In this document: one piece after another, positions 1 through 12,264 of the stretch | How positions within the stretch are numbered: the first letter of the stretch is position 1 | How the letters are laid out: the number at the start of each line of letters is the position of its first letter | Assembly: GCF_006345805.1 (NCBI RefSeq) | Contig: NC_043025.1 | Coordinates: 5,952,001 to 6,016,000 of the forward strand | DNA from: Octopus sinensis | Lineage: Eukaryota | DNA length: 64,000 nucleotides | Direction of reading: 5' to 3' | Notes under the pieces: generated by a model | Databases searched by the model: none | What the model was told of the DNA's origin: nothing | What the model saw: only the letters and a program-made list of their open reading frames with translations | Made by a program: the position numbers and the translations under genes

Positions 1-39
1 AGTTGCTTATTGCAAAAAAAAAGAAAAAAAGAAATATAA

Positions 40-350
40 CATGTGACTTCATTGACCGAGGTTACCGTGGTTTTTTCCGTAGGCTTTTCTTTCCACGGGT
101 AAACCTCACCTGTCCTCCCCTTTACACTTCATATTGACATTTCTGTGATAACGATCCCTATTGATCAAATTTTTTTTCTTCCCCCCACCTTTTTTTTTAT
201 ATCCCCCCCCCCTTATTTTGTCCTCTTTCTTTCCTTTTACGATCCCTTTTGATCGAAAACCAACCCCCTTCTTTTTACCCCAAAAAGAAAAGCTCTACCT
301 TGTAATTTGTTCTGTCTGTGTGCAGCCCTGTGTGGCTAATAAAGAAACAT
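40..350 (+). mobile_element. Probable LINE 3' UTR remnant (tail resembles the end of the Tx1-like element at ~51950)
   Basis: Pyrimidine-rich tract ending TGTTCTGTCTGTGTGCAGCCCTGTGTGGCTAATAAAGAAAC and then (CTAT)n; similar to the tail at 51951-51993. Confidence 0.35.
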
Positions 351-625
351 ATCTATCTGTCTATTTATTTATCTGTCTATCTATCTATCTATTTATTTAT
401 CTATCGTAATCTATCTATCTATCTGGGATAGATTATTAAAGCTCTACTTTGTAATCTGTCCCATGTGTGCAGCTCTCTCTCTCTCTCTTCCTCATTTCAA
501 ATCTCACTACATCAGAATAACATATACTCCACAAGCACAACAATTCTAGAAACAGCTGTAACAGACTTTAAACATTACTTCATAATCCTGTATTAAGTTT
601 GAAATATAAATCAAATGCTTTAAAA

Positions 626-1250
626 CAAGGGTTCTCAACTATTTCTTATCTATGGACCCCTTCAATTACTATTTTAATCTGGTGGACCCTCATAGCCATT
701 CGATGTTTAAGAATTAGTTTTATAGAAACTTCTTTCAAAATTCCTATTTTGTTTTCCACACATTAACTTGTGTAGGTTGAACAATGTAAAATGTTGGAGA
801 AAGAAACCCAGCTGTTTCTTGCAATACATACCAATACAGACATCTAAAGCAGGGGTTCTCAACTATTTCTTATCTATGGACCCCTTTGATTACTATTTCA
901 TTCTGGTGAACCCCTACAGCCATCCAATGTTTAAAAACTAGTTTTATAGAAACTTCTTTCAAAATTCCTATTTTGTTTTCCACACATTAACTTGTGTTGG
1001 TTGAACTATCGAAAATGTTAGAGAAGAAACCCAACTGTTTCTTGCAATACATAACCAATACATACATCTAAAGCAGGGGGTCTCAACTATTTCTTATCTA
1101 TGGACCCCTTTGATTACTATTTTATTCTGGTGGACCCCCATTCGATGTTTAATAACTAGTTTTATAGAAACTTCTTTCAAAATTCCTGTTTTGTTTCTCA
1201 CACATTAACTTGTGTAGGTTGAACTATGGAAAATGTTAGAGAAAGAAACC
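626..1250. repeat. ~224-bp tandem repeat (~2.8 copies), each unit opening with a hAT/Charlie-like terminal motif
   Basis: Units start at 626, 850 and 1074 with CA(A/G)GGGTTCTCAAC; a further unit junction is seen at ~1551-1610. Confidence 0.8.
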
Positions 1251-1297
1251 GGGTCTTTTCCATCTCAAGCACAGATTTTCTGATTAATTTTTTTTAA

Positions 1298-1516
1298 CCC
1301 TTTTGATACCAACCCGGCTGAAACCGGCTCTGGCTCTGAGTACAAATGTCTTGTTTTCATAAGTTTGAATTAAAATCTTCCACCAATCCTTAGTCATAAT
1401 TTATATTCCTAACACTAGCCGAATGATAGCCAAGTTATTTTACTAAATTCTTTGTTATATCTAAAATAATTGAGAGAAACACAGAGCATCCCAAAATAAA
1501 TACATTAACAAAAGGG
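1298..1516. mobile_element. piggyBac-like MITE
   Basis: TTAA|CCCTTTTG...CAAAAGGG|TTAA: TTAA TSD with CCC/GGG termini; a second copy lies at 11681-11903. Confidence 0.8.
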
Positions 1517-1889
1517 TTAACTAAACACTTTGAAACTTCGGATACCCAAACCGGTCTTCTGTTTCTTGAAATACATATCAATACATACATCTAAGACAGG
1601 GGTTCTCTGAAGTGACATCATACATTTTACTTGTTCATTCTCTCTTTCTAATAAATATCTAACTCTCTTTTTCTCTCTCTGTTTCTCTTTCTGTCTTGTC
1701 TCAAATATCACGACATACTTTTCATACACCTATTATCACCATCATCACCTTGCACGCGTGCCTGCGTATGTATATCTGTTACTCTTTCTCATCGCAGATA
1801 TCACATTACTTTTGATATATCAACACAGTCATGACCTCTATGGTCTAAAATATATTTTCCACGACACCTCTGCATTTGTGTCTCTCTTT

Positions 1890-2098
1890 CTCTCTTTTTA
1901 CTTGTTTCAGTCATTTTGACTGTGGCCATGCTGGAGCACCGCCTTTAGTCGAGCAAATCGACCCCAGGACTTATTCTTTGTAAGCCTAGTACTTATTCTA
2001 TCGGTCTCTTTTGCCGAACCGCGAAGTTTTGGGGATGTAAACACACCAGCATCGGTTGTCAAGCGATGTTGGGGAGACAAACACAGACAGACAAACAT

Positions 2099-2136
<38 letters not shown>

Positions 2137-2436
2137 GTGGAGGCGCAATGGCCCAATGGTTAGGGCAGCGGACTCGCAGTTGTAGGATCGCGGTTTCGAT
2201 TCCGAGACCGGGCGTTGTGAGTGTTTATTGAGCGAAAGCACCTAAAAGCTCCACAAGGCTCCGGCAGGGAGTGGTGATCCCTGCTGTACTCTTTCACCAC
2301 TCTTTCTTCCACTCTTCCTTCTGTTGGCCTGCTCACTTAGCCAGTGGGGTGGCGTCATTCGAAGGCTAAAACAATGCGAACACATTGTGACCAGCGATGT
2401 GTAACTACATCTGATGGACTGGTCGGTCACGTGATT

Positions 2437-2488
<52 letters not shown>

Positions 2489-2650
2489 TGACGGGCTTCT
2501 TTCAGTTTCCGTCTACCAAATCCACTCACAAGGCTTTGGTCGGCCCGAGGCTATAGTAGAAGACACTTGCCCAAGGTGCCATGCAGTGGAACTGAACCTG
2601 GAACCATGTGGTTGGTAAGCAAGCTACTTACCACACAGCCACTCCTACGT
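1890..2650 (-). mobile_element. Bipartite tRNA/CORE-like SINE interrupted in its internal (TA)n by another SINE
   Basis: 3' module at 1890-2110 and 5' module at ~2482-2650; the family has a tRNA-like head, CORE-like CCTTGGGCAAGTG, an internal (TA)n(TG)n and an AGTAAAAG tail. Confidence 0.85.
2142..2442 (+). mobile_element. tRNA(Arg)-like SINE (octopus OR-type, tentative)
   Basis: GGCGCAATGGCCCAATGGTTAGGGCAGCGGACTCGC head with A box and GTTTCGATTCC B box; ACGTGAT-repeat tail; flanked by (TA)n. Confidence 0.75.
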
Positions 2651-2820
2651 CTCTCTCTCTCCTCTCAAATGTCACCAGAAAATTTCCCCCTTCTTATCAT
2701 TGCCACATAACTCCTGAAAATATAATTTTCAGAGATCCTCTCCATCCATCCATTTGTCTCATCTAATCTCTGTCTTTCATCTGAGTCTCAGATGTTCCTA
2801 CAAAACATGTTTGTCTCATG

Positions 2821-2993
2821 GGCGCAGGAGTGGCTGTGTGGTAAGTAGCTTGCTTACCAATCACATGGTTCCGGGTTCAGTCCCACTGCGTGGCACCTTG
2901 GGCAAGTGTCTTCTACTATAGCCTTGGGCCGACCAAAGCTGTGTGAGTGGATTTGGTAGACGGAAACTGAAAGAAGCCCGTCGTATATATATC

Positions 2994-3024
<31 letters not shown>

Positions 3025-3250
3025 ATGAATGTGTGTCTATGTTTGTGTGTCTGTGTTTGCACCCTCCAACATCGCTTGACAACCGATGCTGGTGTGTTTA
3101 CATCCCCGTAACTTAGCGGTCCGGCAAAAGATCCCAATAGAATAAATACTAGGCTTACAAAGAATAAGTCCTACAGTTGATTCGTTCGACTAAAGTCAGT
3201 GCTCCAGCATGGCCGCAGTCAAATGACTGAAACGAATAAAAGAATAAAAG
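2821..3250 (+). mobile_element. Bipartite CORE-like SINE, full length
   Basis: GGCGCAGGAGTGGCTGTGTGG head, GGTTCAGTCCC B box, internal microsatellite and 3' module. Confidence 0.85.
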
Positions 3251-3434
3251 AAAAAGAATCTGACCACCTAAAGCATATTTTGCAGAATCCGCTGCATCCA
3301 TTTCTCTCTCTCTCTCTTTCTCTCTTCTTTGTCTCCAATGTCACCATAATACTTCTTATCTGCCGTCTCTACCCCCATCTCACCCACCTTACTACCTAAA
3401 ATATATTTCTAAGACTTCCCCTACGTCCATTTCC

Positions 3435-3465
<31 letters not shown>

Positions 3466-3480
3466 CTGACCTATGACCTA

Positions 3481-4045
<565 letters not shown>

Positions 4046-4594
4046 CATATAATCAACCTGACGCACTTAACATTTCATCTAATTGCCATTATCATTACGT
4101 CGCTCTCTCTCTCTCTCTCTCGCTGCTCCCCACCCCCGTCGCCACAGCGACGTCCTCTTCAGCAAAGTGGATGAGGTCAAACTCTCTCGAGTGAAGTACC
4201 ACTGAGGTCAACCCACTCACGCTTATTAGTCACAAACATTGTCACAGCTCAACGTGTGAGGAGGGTAAGGTAGTAGTGTGCCTAGTTACTGGACAATGAC
4301 CATACTGGAGAACAGCGCCGCCTTAAGGGTTTGTCTTTAGTCAGTCACATTGACCCCTTGTACGAATTTCAAGTCTGTTTTATCGGTCACTTTTTACCAA
4401 ACCACTAAGAGAACAGAAACAAACCAACAACGGTTGCTCTTTTTTTTTCTCTTTGTCTTTTATCTCGCCTCAACTGTCCTTTCTCTACAAGGGTGGAGGC
4501 TTGAAACATTTAAAATTTCTTCCATTTTTCCTGGGTATCAAACCGTTAAGCCCTGTTTCCAATTCTTTCCCAACATCAAATGTGTGTTTTCTTG

Positions 4595-4626
<32 letters not shown>

Positions 4627-4645
4627 GTCTATCTATCTTTTTTTT

Positions 4646-5045
4646 TACTCTCTTTTACTTGTTTCAGTCATTTGACTGCAGCCATACTGGAGCACCGCCT
4701 TTAGTCGAGCAAATTGACCCCGGGACTTATTCTTTGTAAGCCCAGTACTTATTCAATCGGTCTCTTTTGCCTAACCGCTAAGTGATGGGGACGTAAACAC
4801 ACCAGCATCGGTTGTCAAGCAATGCTAGGAGGACAAAGACAGACACATACACACACACATATATATATATATACATGTATACGACAGGCTTCTTTCAGTT
4901 TCCATCTACCAAATCCACTCACAAGGCATTGGTCGGCCCGGGGCTATAGCAGAAGACACTTGCCCAAGATGCCACACAGTGGGACTGAACCCGGAACCAT
5001 GTGGTTGGTTAGCAAGCTACTTACCACACAGCCACTCCTGCGCCT
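4646..5045 (-). mobile_element. Bipartite CORE-like SINE
   Basis: Reverse complement of the family consensus. Confidence 0.85.
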
Positions 5046-5085
5046 CTATCTATCTATCTATCTAAAGTTAATCCTAACAAGAAAG

Positions 5086-5275
5086 CACAAAAAAAACACA
5101 ACGCGAGGACGTGGAACAAATATAGTATTATTGGACACTCAGGAAGGAAGGAAAGAAGGAGGGTTAACGTTTCGAGCGGAGCTCTTTGTCGGAAACATAG
5201 GAGAAGGAAAGATCCAGAGAAGGGAAGACAGAGGAAAAAAATCGCCAACGGTACACACGCGGTCACATTTTGAAT
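5086..5275 (-). mobile_element. Probable solo Penelope-type terminal repeat with a degenerate hammerhead motif
   Basis: Minus strand 5196-5164 reads TTTCCGACAA-A-GAGC-TCC-GCTC-GAAACGTT; flanked by (CTAT)n on both sides; layout resembles 29187-29420. Confidence 0.5.
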
Positions 5276-5507
5276 CTATCTATCTATCTATCCATCTGTC
5301 TGTCTGTAGAATTATAAAAAAAATATATTTTTTGTTACAACAGAGATTTTTCTTCTAGCAACACTGCATCTGTCCAAATTAAAAAGAGAGAACTTCTGAT
5401 AATGTAGAAAGTTTAATAAAACCTTTATATTTTGGGCACAAGGCCCATCTTCAGAAAGACAGAACAGTCTAGGAAAAGTCCAGTTATATAGGACCTGTTA
5501 ACATATA

Positions 5508-6060
5508 CACAGACATGCATGAAGTAAATAGATACCTTTAATTTGCAAAATATGTTTTCAGCGGTGTAGAATTTACAATGTAATTATTCTTTTTCATTCC
5601 AGGTGCCATTATATTAAACATATTGTGAAGAGTAACCATGCCATGCACAAAAAATTCAGCAGAACTGTCAGATTTTCAAACAGGTTGTATTGTTGGGCAA
5701 TCTGAGGCTGGTCTTAGCCAGTGAAAAATTGCCAGAAATCTTCAAATTCCTCTTAGTTAGGTAGTTAGTTAGTAATTTTTGGCTCAAAAAGCAAAAAGCA
5801 GGGACATGGAGTTATGTACAGGGTGGTGTTTATGTAAAGAGTTCAGGCCACTTGAGGTCAAGGGAGACTTTGAACAAAGCGGTCGTCGGCATCTTCACCA
5901 TCTCGTCCGGCAGCTTATTCCACAGATCCGCAACCCGGACGGAGAAAGCCCCTCTCCTTCAATTGAGATGAAATCGTCGCAGATACTTGCTACTGTTAAT
6001 AGAATTATAGTGCAATTCAAAAACCAAGGAAAAGAATCAACAGATTCTCGTCCTGGCTGA
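5508..6060 (+). pseudogene. Tc1-like transposase 5' fragment (duplicate of 10772-11110), interrupted by a CR1 piece
   Basis: TIR CACAGACATGCATGAAGTAAATAG and HTH-like peptide ELSDFQ.G.IVGQSEA...[12 protein letters not shown]; matches 10772-11110. Confidence 0.8.
5755..5988 (-). mobile_element. 5'-truncated CR1-type LINE 3' end
   Basis: Minus strand encodes AFSVRVADLWNKLPDEMV...LFKVSLD (CR1 C-terminal motif) with a (TAAC)n-like tail; CTT is duplicated at the insertion site. Confidence 0.7.
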
Positions 6061-6361
6061 CCTGGGCCCTGCGGTTGTGAAGGAAGCATCCAACTGTAGA
6101 AACCATCGGTCCTCTTTGCCAAACTGCTAAGTTATGGGGGACATAAACAACCCAACACCAGTTGTCAAGCAATGGTGGTGAGGACAAACATATATACTGA
6201 TATGTCCCACATTATGACGACGTAACCTTGACTGGCCCTTAATGGCATGCCTCACCAATTAACACTACTTGCTGTGTCTGTCCACTTTTTATTAGTAATG
6301 GACCAGTCCACTTCTCACTTGGGGGTGTCTATCACAGCAGACACACAGATACATATATATA

Positions 6362-6556
6362 CTCTTTTACTCTTTTACTTGCTTCAGTCATTTGACTGCG
6401 GCCATGCTGGAGCACAGCCTTTTTTTAGTCGAGCAAATCGACCCTGGGACTTATTCTATCGGTCTCTTTTGCCGAACCGCTAAGTGACGGGGACATAAAC
6501 ACACCAGCATCGGTTGTCAAGTGATGTTGGGGGGACAAACACAAACACACAAACAA

Positions 6557-6644
<88 letters not shown>

Positions 6645-6795
6645 CTTTCAGTTTCTGTCTACCAAATCCACTCACAAGGCTTTGGTCGGCCCGAGGCTAT
6701 AGTAGAAGACACTTGCCCAAGGTGTCACACAGTGGGACTGAACCTGGAACCATGTGGTTCGTAAGCAAGCTACTTACCACACAGCCACTCCTGTG
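6362..6795 (-). mobile_element. Bipartite CORE-like SINE
   Basis: Family match with a long internal (TA)n. Confidence 0.85.
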
Positions 6796-7223
6796 CCCCT
6801 ATTTTTTTTTTTAGGCAATTAGAATACAATGTTACCAGCCTCAGGGTGTGTATATATTTGTGTGTGTATGTATGTATGTATAATATACAGTAGCAGCAAT
6901 AAAGCAAAATAATAAATAATAGCCACAATAATACCAGCCATAACAATATCAGAACAAGAAGGGGAACTTTGAAACTATGTGGGGTGGTGAGGACAAACAG
7001 ATTTTATGTGGGGAGAGGTAGATGATTACCCCCTGTATCAGGTTGCTGGCTGACAACGGTGGATGTGGAGATGGTTGAGGTGGTGGTGCGGTGGGGTGGA
7101 GTTGCTTTGTATCATTTTCCTGTAGACGCCATTGTTTAATGTTTTTTTTTCATATATGATGTCTGCTCTGCTTCATTGACAAAATATTTCCTTTTGGCTT
7201 TCTTCAGTATAAATAAATACTGA

Positions 7224-7825
7224 GGCGCAGGAGTGGCTGTGTGGTAAGTAGCTTGCTTACCAACAACATGGTTCCGGGTTCAGTCCCACTGCATGGCACC
7301 TTGGCCAAGTGTCTTCTACTATAGCCTCGGACTGACCAAAGCCTTGTGAGTGGATTTGGTAGATGGAAACTGAAAGAAGCCCGTCGTATATTTGTATATA
7401 TATATATGTATGTGTGTGTATATATATATATATATATATAGGCACAGGAGTGGCTATGTGGTAAGTAGCTTGTTTACCAACCACATGGTTCCGAGTTCAG
7501 TCCCACTGCGTGGCACCTTGGGCAAGTGTCTTCTGCTAAAGCCCCGGGCCGACCAAAGCCTTGTGAGTGGATTTGGTAGACGGAAACTGAAAGAAGCCCG
7601 TTGTATATATGTATATATATATATATGTGTGTGTGTGTTTGTCCCCCCAACATCGCTTGGTAACCGATGCTGGTGTGTTTACGTCCCCGTAACTTAGCAG
7701 TTCGGCAAAAGAGACCGATAGAATAAGTACTGGGCTTACAAAGAATAAGTCCCGGGGTCGATTTGCTCGACTAAAGGCGGTGCTCCAGCATGGCCGCAGT
7801 CAAATGACTGAAACAAGTAAAAAAA
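7224..7825 (+). mobile_element. CORE-like SINE: extra 5' module followed by a full copy
   Basis: Heads at 7224 and 7441, separated by (TA)n. Confidence 0.85.
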
Positions 7826-7944
7826 AAAAAATATATATATATGTGTGTATGTGTGTGTGTATAGGTATCTTTATATGTACGTATACAGATACCTATATAT
7901 ACATACACACACACACATATATATACATATATATATGCATATAT

Positions 7945-8166
7945 TCTTTTATTTGTTTCTGTCATTTGACTGCGGCCTTGCTGGAGAACTGCCTTTATTC
8001 GAGCAAATTGACCCCAGGACTTATTCTTTGCGAGCCCAGTACTTATTCTATCGGTCTCTCTTGCTGAACCGCTAAGTTACGGGGACGTAAACACACCAGC
8101 ATCGGTTGTCAAGCGATGTTGGGGGGGACAAACACAGACACACAAACATACACGAACGCACACACA

Positions 8167-8197
<31 letters not shown>

Positions 8198-8555
8198 TAT
8201 ATGTACATATATACGACAGGCTTCTTTCAGTTTCTGTCTACCAAATCCACTCACAAGGCTTTGGTCGGCCTGAGTATATAGTAGAAGACACTTGCCCAAG
8301 GTGCCACGCAGTGGGACTGAACCCGGAACCATGTGGTTGGTTAGCAAGCTACTTACCACACAGCCACTCCTGATATATATATATATACATACATATATAT
8401 GACGGGCTTCTTTCAGTTTCCGTCTACCAAATCCACTCACAAAGCTTTGGTCGACCCGAGGCTATAGTAGAAGACACTTGCCCAAGGTGCCACGCAGTGG
8501 GACTGAACCCAGAACCATGTGGTTCGTAAGCAAGCTACTGACCACACAGCCACTC

Positions 8556-8596
<41 letters not shown>

Positions 8597-8770
8597 ATAT
8601 ATATATATATATACATACATATATATGACGGGCTTCTTTCAGTTTCCGTCTACCAAATCCACCCACAAGCTTTGGTCGGCCCGAGGCTATAGCAGAAGAC
8701 ACTTGCCCAAGGTGCCACGCAGTGGGACTGAACCCGGAACCATGTGGTTGGTACAGCCACTCTTACGCCT
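7945..8770 (-). mobile_element. CORE-like SINE: full copy plus two extra 5' modules
   Basis: 5' modules at ~8215-8370, 8400-8540 and 8627-8770. Confidence 0.8.
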
Positions 8771-8879
8771 GGTTAAGCCTTTTTAATAAATCCAATTTGT
8801 TCACTTCCCTTTCTTTCAATCCATGCTAATGGAGCAAACACACACACACACACACATGTACACACACATTTACTGAAGG

Positions 8880-9290
8880 GCAGTTATAGGGTGTGCATGT
8901 GATTGTGTAGTTGTGTGTGTGTGTGCATGTGTGTGGGGGGTGATTGTGTGTGTGATTTTAAGAGTGGTTGAGTGTGTGTGTATGTGTGTTTGCATGTGGG
9001 CATGAGTTTGTGTGTGTGTGTGTGTGTATGTTTGTACATGTGTGTGTGTGTTTGTACGTGTGTGTCTGTGTTTGTACATGTGTGTGTGTGTGCTTACGGG
9101 TGTGTATGTGTGCGCATGTGTGTGCAAGTACGTGTGTGTGTGCGTGTTCACGTGTGTGTATGTGTGTGTGTGTTTGCGCGTGTCTGTGTTTACATGTGTG
9201 TATGCATGTGTGTTTGCATGTGTGTGCTTTTGTGTATGTTTATGTATTTTTATTGTGAATGCATGTATGATTGTGTGCATATGTGTGCAT
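8880..9290. repeat. Degenerate (TG)n tract
   Basis: Read directly; a 5'-truncated plus-strand SINE follows at ~9290-9650. Confidence 0.9.
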
Positions 9291-10105
9291 CACATGGTTC
9301 CGGGTTCAGTCCCACTGCGTGGCACCTTGGGCAAGTGTCTTCTGCTATAGCCTCGGGCCGACTAAAGCCTTGTGAGTGGATTTGGTAGATGGAAACTGAA
9401 AGAAGCCTGTCGTATATATACATATATATGTATATGTGTGTTTGTGTGTCTGTGCTTGTCCCCCTAGCATTGCTTGACAACCGATGCTGGTGTGTTTATG
9501 TCCCCGTTACTTAGCGGTTCGGCAAAAGAGACCGATAGAATAAGTACTGGGCTTACAAAAGAATAAGTCCCAGGGTCGAGTTGCTCGATTAAAAGGCGGT
9601 GCTCCAGCATGGCCACAGTCAAATGACTGAAGCAAGTAAAAGAGTAAAGAGTAATGTATGCGCGATTATGCATCTGTTTATGAGTGTGTATCTGCATGTG
9701 ATTGTGCAAGTGTGCATGAACATGTTTGCGTTTTTTGGGTGCCTTTAATAATGTGTATGCTTATGTGTATACTTGATTGTGTGTGTGCATGTACGTAACT
9801 GTATACATGATATTATGCATGTGGTTGCATGCATATATAACTGCATGTGTGTTCGCAGGGCCATTAACAAACCCAATCTTCAATGGTATGTTTTACAAAA
9901 TTTCCACATTCTTAATTTCCTTAATTACTAAAACACATTCTTAATTCGTTGACCAAATTATTCACAATGGCAGCTAAGTTTTCATACCAAATATCCCAAA
10001 CTCACCGTCTCCACCAAGGGTTAATGAACCAGGGTAAATTACTCCAAGTGGGTTAAAACTGAAATTCTTGGAGGTAATGAGGACTTATTAGATATAAGTA
10101 GAATT

Positions 10106-10560
10106 CATCATCATCATCATCATCATCGTTTAACGTCTGTTCTCCATGCTAGCATGGGTTGGACGGTTCGACCGGGGATCTGGGAAGCCAGAAGGCTGCA
10201 CCAGGCTCCGGTCTTATCTGGCAATGTTTCTACAGCTGGATGCCCTTCCTAACGCCAACCACTCCATGAGTGTAGTGGGTGCTTTTTACGTGCCACCTGC
10301 ACTGGTGCCAGGCGAGGCTGGCATCGGCCACGGTCGGATTGGTGCATTTTACGTGCCACCTGCACGGAAGCCAGTCGAGGCGGCACTGGCTTCAGCCACG
10401 ATTCAGATGGTGCTTTTTACATGCCACCGACACGGAAGCCAGTCGAGGCAGCGCTGGTATCGGCCATGATTCAGATAGTGCTTTTTACGTATCTCCAGTC
10501 CAGGGGTCCTGGCATCTGCCAGGTTCCAGTCATAGGATTGGTTCAATTTTGATTCTGATT
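10106..10560 (-). mobile_element. 3' UTR/tail of the RTE LINE family (5'-truncated)
   Basis: (CAT)n-CGTTTAACGTC...GGATGCCCTTCCTAACGCCAAC; the same sequence forms the 3' end of the RTE at 41390-41972. Confidence 0.8.
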
Positions 10561-10771
10561 TCGAATTATATAAAATTATATAAAAAATATATTTTTTGTT
10601 ACAACAGAAATTTTTCTTCTGGCAACACTGCATCTGTCCAATGTAAAAAGAGAGAACTTCTGATAATGCAGAAAGTTTAATAAAACCTTTATATTTCGGG
10701 CACAAGGCCCATCTTCAGAAAGACAGAACAGTCTAGGAAAAGTCCAGTTATGTAGGATCTGTTAACATATA

Positions 10772-11350
10772 CACAGACATGCATGAAGTAAATAGACACC
10801 TTTAATTTGCAAAATTTCTGATCTAAGTGTCTTAATATGTTTTCAGCGGTGTAGAATTTACAACGTAATTATTCTTTTTCATTCCAAGTGCCATTATATT
10901 AAACATATTGGGAAGAGTAACCATGCCATGCACAAAAAATTCAGCAGAACTGTCAGATTTTCAAAGAGGTCGTATTGTTGGGCAATCTGAGGCTGATCTT
11001 AGCCAGCGAAAAATTGCTGAAAATCTTCAAATTCCTCTTGCTACTGTTAATAGAATTATAGTGCAATTCAAAAGCCAAGGAAAAGAATCAACAGATTCTC
11101 GTCCTGGCTGATGTGGACCCTCAGAAAAGAAACTTCGCTGCTTGAAGAGAATTGTAGAAAACGAATCCCATTCATAGGCTTCTGACATTGCAAAACAGCT
11201 AGAAGTTAGTCCAAGAACGTGTGTTACATATCTGCATAAGCTTGGGTATTATGGACGAGCAGCTAGAAGAAAACCTCTCCTTCTACCAATTAATATCAAA
11301 TAAAAGATTTTGAAAATTAAAGGTGTCCATTTACTTCCTGCATGTCTGTG
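10772..11350 (+). mobile_element. Internally deleted Tc1-like DNA transposon
   Basis: TA|CACAGACATGCATGAAGTAAATAGACACC...GGTGTCCATTTACTTCCTGCATGTCTGTG|TA TIRs; N-terminal peptide [20 protein letters not shown]...GYYGRAARRKPLL with stops; no DDE domain. Confidence 0.85.
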
Positions 11351-11361
11351 TATGTATATAT

Positions 11362-11590
11362 TTCTTTACTACCCACAAGGGGCTAAACACAGAGGGGACA
11401 AACAAGGACAGACAAACCGATTAAGTCGATTACATCGACCCCAGTGCGTAACTGGTACTTAATTTATCGACCCCGAAAGGATGAAAGGCAAAGTCAACCT
11501 CGGCAGAATTTGAACCCAGAACGCAACGGCAGACGAAATACGGCTACGCATTTCGCCCGGCGTGCTAACATTTCTGCCAGCTCGCCACCA
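11362..11590 (-). mobile_element. tRNA SINE with a Meta-domain-like body
   Basis: Minus strand has a GGCGAGCTGGCAGAAA head, GGGTTCAAATTC B box and GTTGACTTTGCCTTTCATCCTTTCGGGGTCGATAAATTAAGTACCAG body. The MetaSINE resemblance is from memory. Confidence 0.75.
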
Positions 11591-11650
11591 AATTTTTATG
11601 TCTGTGTATGTATGTGTATGTGTGTATGTATGTGTATGTGTGTATGTATA

Positions 11651-12083
11651 CGAGGGAAACTGAAAATTTGCTGGCTTTAACCCTTTCATTACTAACCCGG
11701 CTGAAACCGGCTCTGGCTCTGTAGTACAAATGTCTTGTTTTCATAAGTTTTGAATTAAAACCTTCCACCAAACCTTAGTCACAATTTATGTTCCTAACAC
11801 TAGCTTTAATGATAACTAAGTTATTTTACTAAATTCTTTGTTATATTTAAAATTAATTGAAAGAAACACAGAGCATCTAAAAAAAAATACAGTAACAAAA
11901 GGGTTAAGGGGGTTGCAAAAGGCCTGGTTGATGCCTGACTTTCCAAATTCTTTTACAGGGATTAGAAAAACTGAAGGACTATTGCAATAAGTGTTTGAAT
12001 CTGAGTGGGGAATAAAATCAGGATTAACTGATCCTCCAGTATTTTCTTTCACTCAAAACCAGGAACTTTTTGGTGCCCCCTCC
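11651..12083 (+). mobile_element. Mariner-derived MITE containing a nested piggyBac-like MITE
   Basis: TA|CGAGGG...CCCCTCC|TA ends; residual C-terminal peptide like GLEKLKD.CNKCLNLSGE; a related fragment lies at ~23835-24025. Confidence 0.6.
11681..11903. mobile_element. piggyBac-like MITE (second copy)
   Basis: TTAA|CCCTTTCA...CAAAAGGG|TTAA. Confidence 0.8.
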
Positions 12084-12264
12084 TATATCTATAGATGAAG
12101 GAGTTTTTTTCTGTGCTAACCTGTCCTGTTTTCCATTTTTTTCTCATTGTTTACGTACTTCACTCATTTTTGTCCTGTAATTACTGTCCACGTCTTGTAT
12201 CTATCTCCTGTGTGTATGTTATTTGCACTTTTGGTGACGTCCTGTACCCATATATACATGTATA

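Noticed and set aside
2142-2215. tRNA genes (also 2821, 18624 and other heads)
   Set aside because: The heads continue into SINE bodies, and I could not fold complete cloverleaves.
6990-7200. Pro-rich minus-strand reading frame
   Set aside because: Stops upstream, no acceptor and no homology recognised.
9859-9885. Candidate 27-nt microexon
   Set aside because: The acceptor lacks a polypyrimidine tract; a chance match is likely.
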